Positions 52,374 through 64,000 of a stretch of DNA of 64,000 bases are shown here, one piece after another (positions within the stretch are counted from its first letter, which is position 1; each line of letters begins with the position of its first letter). The notes under the pieces are model-generated. The model worked only from the letters and a program-made list of their open reading frames with translations. It was not told the DNA's origin and searched no databases. The stretch covers positions 53,630,001-53,694,000 of the forward strand of contig OX597815.1 of assembly GCA_951406725.2 (NCBI GenBank). The letters are read 5' to 3'. Made by a program: the position numbers and the translations under genes. This DNA comes from Octopus vulgaris. Taxonomy: Eukaryota.

Positions 52374-54700
52374 ATGTGTGTGTGTATGTGTGTGTGTCTG
52401 TGTGTCTGTGTTTGTCCCCCTAGCATTGCTTGACAACCGATGCTGGAGTGTTTACATCCCCGACACTTAGCGGTTCGGCAAAAGAGATCGATAGAATAAG
52501 TACTAGGCTTACAAAGAATAAGTCCCGGGTTCTATTTGCTCGACTAAAGGCGGTGCTCCAGCATGGCCGCAGTCAAATGACTGAAACAAGAAGAAGAGTA
52601 AAAGAGAGGCCAAATTGCATCTTGATGTCATCACTGAACTGTTTAGCAATTGCTTGTGAGCCCTGTAGCTGCAAAATGTTTTAAATCATCCATGTATAGG
52701 AGATGATTTATATTTTTATCTATCAAAAGTTCTTTTATAGTCTATCCAGACTATCCACAAGTCCTTGTGTTGTTTGTGACAATCTTCCAAGATCATCTTA
52801 TTGACGAGTAGCTGATCTTTACAACCATAGGACCCACTTTTACATCCTTTTTGCTTATTAGGAAATATGCCACTTTGTGTTAAAAAAAAAAAAAATAGAT
52901 ATATTCAGTCAGGACTCATTGTTGTTAAGCAGGTTATGGGTCTATAATTATTGGTTCATTTGTTTCTCCATTTTTTGGAAGTAGAAATGTAACACCATCA
53001 ACTAGCCAAGTAGGAATCGTACTAGGTTGTTGCAAAACATTGTTGTAAAGTTTTCTTAACAGTTCGTCACTCTCTGGGAAAGCATTCAACCAGAAGTTAG
53101 GAATTCTGTCCTTTCCCAAAGCCATCCCTTCGATTTCCTGAGAGCAGATCTTACATACTACAACTTGATACCCTCCAACATTTGTCTTCTAAGGAATCTA
53201 AGTTAGTAGATATTCTATCAATCCAATTATTGTGCATTTTTTCTTCTACCCAAATTATATTCCAAAATTCCTGCACTTCTTTCAATAGGAGAGACTTTAC
53301 TGTAACTGGTATTTTCCCTATCTTCCTGTAAAAGTTTTTGGGGCTATTTTTGAACATGTTGTTCTCCTTGAAGAACCTAACGCGCTTTTCATACCGTGCT
53401 ATACCAGCAGCTTTAGTACATACATTTTGCTTGATAGATTCTATGGTGGTATCGATGTCAAATATGGTTTTCATATACTTTTTCTTTAATTTTCGGACTT
53501 TTGTTGGCTTGATATTCTTGTCAAACTTAAGGGTTTTTAAACATTCTATATCAGATCCAAATAACAGAATTTGGTGTTGAATACGCTCTCGCCAAATAAG
53601 CATTTTGTGGGAATGTTGTTGTTTTCTAATCTTTTCGCCACATAGAATTGTTGAAATCTTTGCGGATGCATAGTACGGGTGATTGAAATCTGTAATATCA
53701 ACATCATTAGCTGGAATTATATCCTTAAGTGGAAGGCGGATTTTACCAATTACTTTCAGGTTTTGGTTAAAGTTGCGAAATTTTGGGAGAGTGTCACTTT
53801 CCTTCATACTGGTTCCTTTAATTTTCAGCCATTCAATCATGATTTGAATTTTTAGATCATTAAGTTCAGTTGGGTCAGTTTCTGTGTGACTTTCTTCATC
53901 TATTTGATTTTCATCTGCCTTGGTGTTTATGGTTGGTTTAGAGAGTATTTCATTTTGGTTATCAGTTACATTGACCCTTTCTATCATTACTGTATTTTCA
54001 TCAGACCTGAGTTAGTCTGTAACTATCTTATTTAGCTGCAACTTCGTTCCTTTTATCCCTTATTAATTGTTTAATAAGGTCAATCTGTAACTCAGTTATT
54101 AATTTCCTTTTCATAATGTTTCTTCTGGCGTTCCCAAGTCTGATAATATCTATGTAGGATCTTAATTGAAGGTGCTTCTGTCTCCAGTTTAGGTTGTTTT
54201 GTTCAGTATTAGATTTATTTGTGGGGAAGTACATTGCACGATAGAATGCCTTAAGAACTTCTTTATTATCTCCCTTTAACCATTTTCCATTCTTTTTCTA
54301 TTGGAATATTCCGGTTGTGGGGAACTTCCAGCTCCTGTGTTTTGAGAAGATTTGAACCAGTAGCTGATTTTTCACAGCCAGTCTGGTTTTTCCCTGGGGT
54401 GTGCGGCTCTTGTTGACCCGGGTGATGGCAGATCCGGTGTGTATTTTGCCTTGTTATCAATGAGGCATGACGAGCTTGGACGTTGACATTAGGGGACAGA
54501 TTTGTCTCTTTAGGGTAAACTTTTTGAGGCAACACCGCCTCCGAATTCTCTGAATGAAAACAATGCTCATAACGTAGCTTCTTAAGGCTAACAGATCTGT
54601 ATTCGTCTGTTTTTTGTTGTTGTTGTTGCTGACAGGCATTCTCCTGGCATAGTTTCTTGGTGCTGTTTTTAAACTTATGAATTGTTCATTCTGTCTGTGT
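50762..54700 (-). mobile_element. R4/Dong-like RLE non-LTR retrotransposon, near full length but decayed
   Basis: GKDRIPNFWL, GVTFLLPK, GSYGCKDQL, LLYMDDLK (YMDD 52685-52696), RLYLPRKEG, degenerate CCHC finger, C-terminal IQRVVLTGMSHVLRRAL*; 3' end runs into (AAT)n. Confidence 0.92.
52146..52606 (+). mobile_element. SINE family A, full length, nested in the RT domain of the Dong-like element
   Basis: Highly similar to 45046-45447. Confidence 0.92.
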
Positions 54701-54721
54701 TCATCATCATCATCATCATCA

Positions 54722-54787
<66 letters not shown>

Positions 54788-56364
54788 ATAGTAGTATTGT
54801 TGTTGTTGTTGTTATTGAATTTTTATTTTTTATTTTTGAATTTTGCTGTACTTTCTGAAGGTTATTAAGCTTTGTGAAATTTTCGTCCCACCGAGAGGAA
54901 ATTTTAAAGTGCCAACGCACATGCAAATGCTAAAGACAACACACGAAACATAACAAAATAAAAACAAGGGATTTACGGAAAGTTACTGGCAGAAGAATGA
55001 AACGCCTGACCTTCCACAGGAATAAGTCCCACTTGCATCCATGCTTAATTCCACATGACTTTACTCTGAATAAAATTTAAAAAAAAAAAAAAAAAAACAA
55101 GCGTGAACTCATATGGCCTGCAATCATCTTGAAAGCAAAGGCACCTGCTCAACAACCTTTGGCTAAAAGATTTAGATCTGCAGACAATAAGTGGGATCAG
55201 AGTTTCTGCAGTACGGGAGACATTTTTACTTTGTTCAAATTTTTCAGGTATTTGCCATGTAGGGACTTTTCTTTCCATCATTTTATCATCGTGTTCTACG
55301 GACCAGTTTTCAGATTATAGCGTTTCCACGATTTCTTTCGTTGGGTCTCCTTTTCCTCTTATTTTCACTACCTTAGTATTTGATGGATTCTTCGAAGACA
55401 GATCAGTTTCCTGTTCCCGCTTTGCAACTACGTATATTAGATTTCAATTATTCTTTAACTCTGACAGTGGATATTTTATAATAATTTTCAAGGTGCATAA
55501 GACTTCTAACATGCTGTTTTTGATAAATATAATTCTTCTTTGTAGACTCATAGGTGGTGTATTCTAAATGCAGTCATTATTTTTCGCATTAATTCACACT
55601 CGTATATTGCTGTCTAGACATTTTTCTTTGTATTTTCTCTACTTTGAATATTAATGCATATGCTCTTATCCCTCTTTCATATATTTTTATGTATGTTGTA
55701 TACAGTCTGATTCATTATCCCTTAAGTATTTTTGTGTCAGTATTTGTTGTAATTCACTTATCTCAATTTATTTATCTCATCTTATATTAGTGCTTTTATG
55801 TTTTACTCTCTTCAAAATTGTTTCGCCGCATTTTTTGCAAGAGCGTCTTTACGATCTTTGCATTCTAAGTTGAAATCCCTCTGAGTGGAGTTTGTCTTTT
55901 CATTCATTTGGGGTCGATAAAATAAAGCATCGGTCAAGTATCGGGGTCAGTTTATTCGAGAAATTCCTTCGCCCAATATTGCTGGATTTGTGTCTAAATG
56001 AGAAACATTTTTGTTTTGTCTTTTAGATAACATATAATGAATTTGCGTGCAAAATAAAGTAGAGCATCTTTCTTTCCGTCTCTCTCATCAAGCAATATAT
56101 TGAAATTGTCACATCTGAAATTAATTAAAACTGTTAACATCTGAACTCAGTGTGTGCATTCAGAGAGACCCTGACGCTTTATGAATATATAGTAACATTT
56201 AAGAATGAATTATTTCGATCAATTCCTTGATATCGAAAACATAGCTTGAAACTTGAGTTCATTATGTGAGAAAGGTGATAGCTCAACCTAACGGATTTCA
56301 TTAGATGTAGATTTTAGTACATCGCTTCATTATTTCCAGAGATAGGAAAGCATTGTAGTAAGTA

Positions 56365-57280
56365 TTAGGTCATCCCATAAATAATGCGGTTTTTTCAATT
56401 GCTTGAACTAAAAGTTGGAGGAAAACGGGATAAACAACCTGCATCAACTCGCTATAAAAGCAAGTAGTAATTTTACCTTGTCTTTATTCTTAGTGCAAGT
56501 TTTGAAGAGTGCAGTTCGATTTTAACAGTTATTTTTCGAAGTTATAATGAATGTGACGAAGGAGCATATTCGGCATATTTTGCTTTATGAGTTCAATAAA
56601 GGCAACAACGCAACGGAAAGTGCGAGGAATATTTATGCAGTATATGGGGATCGGACAATAAGTGTAAGCCAGTATCAACGGTAGTTCCAGAAATTCCGAG
56701 CTGCAAACTACAATCTGGAAGACGAACCTCGTCCTGGAAGGTGTGTAGAGTTCGATCAGGGCATCCTGCAAACTCTGGTAGAACAAAATTCCATCGCAAC
56801 TGTTGAGCAGTGAAGTTTAGATTTGATCATTCAACCATTCATCGACACCTTCGCTAGAAGAAGTACGACTATATTTGGTTTCCAGACGAAAGGTGTTCTT
56901 TCATCAGGATAATGTTCGGCCACATACAATGAGGATGATATTCCAATAGCTGGAGTAGTTTGTGTGGGAAACGATGCCCCACCCACCATATTCGTCGGAC
57001 ATTGCTCCATCTGATTATCATTTATTCCGCAGTCTTCAAAATCATTTGAACGGAAAAAAATATGAATTCCGTAGACGAGGTCAGAACAATACTGGAAGAG
57101 TATTTTTCTTCACAGACAAGTGCATTTTGGAAGCGAGGCCTTGCAAGTCTACCAGATAGATGGAACAGCATTGTAGAAAATGAAGGAGAGTATATTTTAG
57201 ATTAAAAAAAGAACTTTGTTTATCTTAATTTTGAAAAATACAAGTAGTATTAAAAATGCATTATTTATTGGATGACCCAA
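56365..57280 (+). mobile_element. Mariner (DD34D) transposon, internally deleted
   Basis: TIRs TTAGGTCATCCCATAAATAATGC / GCATTATTTATTGGATGACCCAA and TA TSD; MNVTKEHIRHILLYEF, LEDEPRPGR, FHQDNVRPH, HPPYSSDIAPSDYHLFRSL. Confidence 0.95.
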
Positions 57281-58002
57281 TATTTTATATTTACAGTGAA
57301 ACACTCGTACGCTAAAACATGCATATGCATATACACAGAAAATACTGAGTAGAATACCATCCAGAGTGTGGATTTTATTTTATCTTTTCCACATAGATCT
57401 TACAACACGATTATTCCTAAAAATAAGATGAGATGTTCATGATGGAACAACAATAACACCTGGAATCATAGGTTTCCTTTATAAGAGTAAAACTCAGACT
57501 AAGCATCCCCAGCCTAACAACAACAACAATAACAACCACAAAATCAACTAATGATATATTTATTAAGCTCTATTGAGAAGTTCAGCATAAGGGATGAGTT
57601 TGTAGAACACGCAGAAGTAGAATTACCATAATCAGCTATTTCCGTTCCTACTAATGTTCGAAGCTATTTTTGTTTCTATATTAATCTACGTCATATCTAA
57701 AATCCCGCTGGTAATTATAATTCTCAAGGTCCAGTCTAATGGCAGAATAGAGATTAGTTTTTGTTCAAAATATAATAAATCTGCTAGCGTATACATACAT
57801 ACTAACATGCATGCACATAAATAAATATATTTATGTATGTATGTTGTATGTGTGGTGCGTACGTGTGTGTGTATATGTATATATAAGTACATATCTATAT
57901 CTATATATCTATATCTAAATCTACACACACATATATGTGTGTGTGTGTGTACTTATGTATATATACATACATTCACACACACACACACGCACATACACAC
58001 AT

Positions 58003-58051
<49 letters not shown>

Positions 58052-59565
58052 CTTATGTATATATACATAGATTCACATACACACATGTATATATAGACAC
58101 ACATTGATACATACATAATGCATACACACACACACAATCACGCACACATAATTCAGAGAGGGAGAGAAGGAGAGGGACAGAGAAGGAAGCGAAGATATCA
58201 AGCTGTCAAAATTACGCAGCAAGCGTTGGGATATACGCATAGATTCCTCTGAGTGAATCGGCCGTGTTTTAGCTGGATTTGTCAACGATATTGGCAAATC
58301 TCTTTTGCTGACATTGAGAAATCGGGCGCCAGTCAGTATTTCAATCAATGACGAATGATACGTTTTGAACCGATGAGACTCTGCGGCTGCCAGTGCTCAG
58401 ACTATATATCCGATGTTTCTCCTTCTGATTCTGATGAAAGAGCTGTGTCAAATTTTGTACTAATACACATCGACCATGTTACGAGGGCAGGGGTGTTTGC
58501 CGATGATTTCGAACAAGTTGTTCTGTTGGCTGATTGCCAGTTAAGTAAGTCTCTAGTTATCGCAAACATATCTCGTATATTCAAAGAAAGCCATCATTTC
58601 TCACCAGTGCAGTGTGAAAATGAAATCAACAGAGCATAACTTCCTAACATTTATTAATATTTCTAAAAGTTCTTGAACCAGGTACATCGACGATACTTTC
58701 AGAATATAACTTGTCAAACTAGAAACAAGCAGTGATTTGACTTTAAGATTAAGAAAAAAAAAAGGTTAAAATGAAACAACTAAATCTATAAATAAAGATA
58801 TGTAGAAAGATATTAATGCATTAGCAAATCGAATACAATTCTCGCAAAGTTTTATAAAGTTTCATTGTAAATATACATTACTGTCTGCTGTGTGTAAGAT
58901 AAATGACATCTCTTTTTACTTCCAATTCTTTTCTTTAAACAATACTACTACAACTACTACCACTATTGTTGTTGTTGCTGTTATTGTTATTGCTGCTGTT
59001 GATGATGATGAATAGGAGGAGGAGGAGAAGGATAATGATGATGATGGTGTTGTTGTTGTTGTTTTAATTTGTTGAAGATTGCATTTGCAATCAGATGCTT
59101 TGATCGATGTGATTTTTATAGAAATCAAGAAATATTGCTGCTTAATTGTTATTCAGTTGCTGTCGCAATCAAGTCCATGAACATCGTAGTTGTCATCCTA
59201 ATAATCAACCTTATCAGTTTGGACAATATCCTTTTTCTATACCCTCTCATCATCATCATCATCATCATCCACGAATGCATTTATAACTTCCACTTGTTCA
59301 TTCGTAACAATAATCAAAGGATTCCACATAACTATCAGCTATATCTATAATCACAACCTCTATTTAGCATTGCCATTAGCTGACAGACGTTCAACTTCTA
59401 ATATCTTCTGTCTAGTATTATTTATGCCAAAGGCAGTAGATATCAATTTCCCATCAAATAAGACTCAATATAGATTTCGATTCTCGTCAGTCACTTTTTC
59501 ACATAGTCTTCGAGAAATCATTGATTGCTTTATCTTTACACGAGATACTTTTTATTAATTATCTG

Positions 59566-59648
<83 letters not shown>

Positions 59649-59655
<7 letters not shown>

Positions 59656-60077
59656 TCTTAGGGTAGCAAGAATATTCATAGAAAAATTCTTAGTTACCAG
59701 TGGTCTAGCGAGAAAGAAAAAATTAGTCAATAGACTATATATTATTCAAAGAAGAATACAGTGTACGTTCAAACACAAAAGAGATACCCGAAGAATAGGA
59801 TATCTGACTCGCTAGAAAGAGCAGTTAAAACTCCAAGCCACCAATTGTTGTAATTCCGAATGTGATTGGAAAATAAAAAACGCTTACCTTAATCCTAGAC
59901 CCTGCAAGGTTTCTGCAGACCTAAATACAGGCTGAAATAAAGTAACCTCAGCCTATATCTGTAGCTGCTTCTTCAGTAGGTTGCCAGGACTGAACGCATA
60001 GGCACGGAGCGATAAATAACCCGCCACGTGCCTATAGGTTCTAATTTTTCGAATCCACCGCGCAGAAGCGGAACTCC

Positions 60078-60080
<3 letters not shown>
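59649..60080 (-). mobile_element. PLE pseudo-LTR-like segment between (TA)n tracts
   Basis: Contains the hammerhead at 59894-59980 and an adjacent hairpin ATAGGCACG...CGTGCCTAT; may continue through 60115-60520. Confidence 0.65.
59894..59980 (-). ncRNA. Type I hammerhead ribozyme
   Basis: CCUA-CUGAAGA-[A-GCAG..AUAUAGGCUGAG..UUCAGCCUGUAU..CUGC-A]-GAAA-CCUUGCAGG-GUC/UAGG; quasi-palindromic stem III; first stem II pair is an A-A mismatch. Confidence 0.8.
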
Positions 60081-60117
<37 letters not shown>

Positions 60118-60518
60118 AGCAAATAATTGACGAGAACATATTTGTGAGGATAACATTGACTCTATTATTATCCAGTGCTCTTCACAAATACTTTCTCGTG
60201 AATTACTTGCTCCGTATTGAAATTCACACGAGTGGCTGCCAGGATTCGGCGCAAAACGAATCAGTTGCAGCGTGGGCTTCAACGCGACAGGTTGGGGCTC
60301 TCCATCATTGTAACACATGCTAGGGAAGGTGAGGCCAGTCCAGAAACCGATGCACGTAAGTCCAAATACTTGAATGTATGATGAGAGGTTGTCTTAGCCC
60401 GTTTGCTTTCGGACTATTGATTTCTGTAGTTATTATGGGTGTATTTTGATGACTTATATAAGAGTTTTGACAGTTGTTTCCAGCAGGTAGACAAATTTAG
60501 TATGTCCTTTGATTAGTT

Positions 60519-60904
<386 letters not shown>

Positions 60905-60937
60905 AATAGGAAAAAAGCAACAAGAATGGATTAAAAT

Positions 60938-61023
60938 CTCGGTACGATCGTTTCGTACTGGGACATCTTTAATAAGCTACAAAAAATGCAGTGAATACAG
61001 ATGGCTCGTACTCGTCAGCCGAA
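60938..61023 (-). ncRNA. Type I hammerhead ribozyme
   Basis: UUCGG-CUGACGA-[GUAC..CAUCU..AGAUG..GUAC]-GAAA-CGAUC-GUA/CCGAG; fully canonical core; palindromic stem III ACGAUCGU. Confidence 0.93.
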
Positions 61024-62216
61024 AAAACATCAGAGAATTCCCAAACATCAAAAGGGGTAGATACAAAAGAGGTTGTAAGATTAGCTGCATTGAAGAAAGT
61101 TCGATTCATGGAGATCCGATGAAAGGTTTTAAACCTATAGAATTTATGCATGTCTACATATAGCTCATATTGAATATTTGATCAAGTTGTGTGAAGAAAT
61201 TTTCGGATACAGTCATGCAAAATTTCTGAAAATCCGAGTAAGAGGCAAAGTGACTGCCATATCATGTAGAGGAAAGTCTGAGTAAAAGCAAAGTGACTGT
61301 CATATCGTGTAGAGGAACAGATTGTTATTGAAATTTACAAGAATCGCAGATAAGTTCGATTTTTTGGAGATCCGATGAAAAAGTTTTGAACTTACAAAAT
61401 ATGTGTATGTCCTTATAGTTCATAATCCAGTTTTGTGAAGAGATTTAGGGTACAATCATGCGAAAACTATCAGGGAATCCGAATGAGAAGCAAAATGACA
61501 GTCTTATATTGTAGCGGTTCAGGTTGTTAATGAATTTATCAAGAATCACAGAAAGAGGAGGAAGGAGGTAGAAATTTAATCAGTTACTGCTATTTAAGCT
61601 GTCAAAGAGAAAGGAAAGGGGAAGCTAAGGGGATGGGCACAAGTTGATACTAACAGAAAAGTCTAAGTTTGTTTAGAACAAAATTCGAACTGAGGTCAAC
61701 AATTTATTTCTTTATTTATAAATGTTACTATTAATAGATTGTCAGGTTACAAAGAGGTCATTAGAAAGGAAAGAAAAATGGGGTTGTTTTTAAAAGAAAT
61801 TAAACAATTATATTATTATTATACTATACTATAATACACTACACTATATTATAATTTTGATATATTATATCACATCACAACACACTACGATAGGTCTGGG
61901 ATTAGCAGAATTAATTTTTAGTGTAAAAGAAATTAAGAGATTTAACTAACTAATATTTGTAATGGGTTAAAAAATGGAGATAAAAATAGAGCAAAATTTA
62001 ATTTATTAATAATATGGTCCAATAGAAATAAATAAAAAAATTTAAGTCAATAAGTATTAAATAGTACCATCAGAGAGAGAAAAAATTATAATCATAGCTA
62101 GTTAGATCTTATCTTTCTAGTTAAATATACTATGTAGGAGTGATATGTAAGTCAAAATGAATTTTATGCAAAATGATTCCAGTATACAGTTATCAATTGA
62201 GATATGATTTAAAATA

Positions 62217-64000
62217 TCATTTAAAATATTTAAGAGTCTTAACCCGAGCATGTATACAAGACTTTCCAAGTTCAATTCTGCTGTTTAATTGAATTTCTCC
62301 ATTATTTCTATACATTATTATTTCAAATGCTTCCATGGAGCAAAGTTGGCAGTCTACTCTGCTATTTTTATAGGGTTTTGCTCTTCTGACTAATTCCCAA
62401 TTAAGATTATATTTGATATTATTGTTTTTTAGTTCCCAAATTTTACTACAAAGAGTGGTGCTATCAGCCTTATGACGTAATTTAAAGGATGAGAGATGGT
62501 TATTCAATCTCTGTTTAAAATTTACAGTGCATCCAACATAAGAGAACTTATTATTATCTGTGGTTACGGAGCACTTATAGATTATGTTAATTAACCCGCA
62601 TAAATCAGGGGCCGGGCATTTTGATTTAATTCTGCAATTACATCTAGGGGCATTATAATTAGAGGTGGAATACCTTGAGGATAGAAGTCTTATATTACTG
62701 TTGCTCGAAGCAGAGCGGGTAAATTTATCATGATTTTGATTATTGTTATTATCTAAAAAACTCTATCATTATTGTAGTTAATATTATTATCTAAAATAGT
62801 ATTATCATTTATAGGTATTCTTACATTTTCATTTGGTTCTAAAGCCCTACTTTCATTATTATTATTATTGGTGCTGCTATCTAAAATAATGTTATCATTA
62901 TTGCAGTTGATGTTATCTCCTAAAGTAGTATTATCATTTGTCGGTATTCCTACACTATCGTTTGGTTCTATAACTCTACTATCATTGCTGATATTGTTGA
63001 TGCTATTAGTATTGTTGTCGATATTGTTTTCCAGATGTGTAGTGTTGTTGCTGATATTGTTGTTACTCTCATTCACTGTACTTACATTCATGGTATTATT
63101 CCTATTACTAACATAATCATTCCTATTTATGTTATTATTGTTATTAACAATTCCATGGCTTTTGGTTATATTTATTTTATGACATTCATGCAATTATTAC
63201 TTTCCGTACTGTTATTACAATTTTCCGTTGTATTTTTATTTTTATTTATTAAATTATTTCTGGCTAGTTTTATGTTATTATCATTGATCTTAGCTATTAA
63301 AGTGGACATATTTGGGAGAGTTGAATAAGAAATTCTGACTGTTTTTTTAGAAATAATTTTATGATATCTATGAGAGGATGGGAAATTTTTTTCTAGAATT
63401 GTTTTGAATCTACCCTGAATATCTGATGAAACCGCACAGTTAAAAGGGATGTTTAGCCATATTATGTCTTTCTTATTAAATTTCTTAGAATTAGAGTTAG
63501 GGCTGCTAGAATTTTTCCCACTAGAGTTAGGGTTATTAGAATTAATCGTACCATCATCAGATTCTTATTTATTAATGTTCCTGTTAGCATGTTTGCTAGT
63601 TTTATCCAAGTTTATTTTACCCTTATTATAAGTATTCTCTGTTATGTTTTTATTAATATTCTTAATATCATTAGGGTACTTTGCCGTTGTAAATCTATTT
63701 CTACTATCCTTTCTGGTATGGTCATTATTGTTGTCTACGTTACTAATAGTGTGTTTCTTAATTTTAATTTTATTTAAGGTTGCCTTATCAGGGCTATCTG
63801 TGTTATGGTCTATGTATTTATCCTTATACTTATCATTACGATTAGATGTTGCATTAGATCCACATCTATGTATCTTTTCGACTTGATCATTTTTGTTGTT
63901 TATGTGGTTATTGCTGTTTAATTTACTTAAATTATTATGATGAGTTCCTAGGTTTTCCGTATCTTCAAATGTAATTTTCTGGTTATATCCTGCTCTAGAT
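62217..64000 (-). pseudogene. Penelope ORF C-terminal part: linker and GIY-YIG endonuclease
   Basis: SRAGY..., IIWLNIPFN...KNFPSSHRYHKI...VRISYSTLPNM, CNCRIKSKCP...C, IIYKC...YVGCTVNFKQRLNNH, CQLCSME, LNSRIE...CIH; stop near 63565, frameshifts near 63175 and 62755. Confidence 0.93.

Larger units (their letters stand above)
60905..64000 (-). mobile_element. Penelope-like retroelement, 3' half (continues beyond the window)
   Basis: Linker and GIY-YIG coding remnant at 62217-64000, a 1.3-kb 3' region, terminal hammerhead, (TA)n at the end. Confidence 0.92.

Noticed and set aside
54830-55045. Possible HDV-like ribozyme at the 5' end of the Dong-like element
   Set aside because: Expected for some RLE elements, but I could not build the nested pseudoknot by eye.

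Overview
AT-rich eukaryotic intergenic or intronic DNA dense in microsatellites and decayed transposons. The SINE families point to an octopus genome; this is inferred from family recognition, not from a database search. No intact host gene is supported, and nearly all supplied ORFs are microsatellite read-throughs or transposon pseudogene pieces. Recognisable elements are: a Helitron Rep-Hel pseudogene; two Tx1/L1-clade LINE remnants; three R4/Dong-like RLE retroposon remnants; mariner, Tc1 and maT transposons; a hAT MITE; at least four tRNA-derived SINE families; and several Penelope-like elements (PLEs). The strongest signal is RNA structure. Five readily foldable type I hammerhead ribozymes and several degenerate or non-canonical hammerhead-shaped motifs sit in PLE ends and in small foldback elements embedded in (TA)n tracts. 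Hammerheads in PLEs are established knowledge; their density, diversity, variant cores and foldback miniatures here merit testing. Coordinates were read by eye and element boundaries are approximate.
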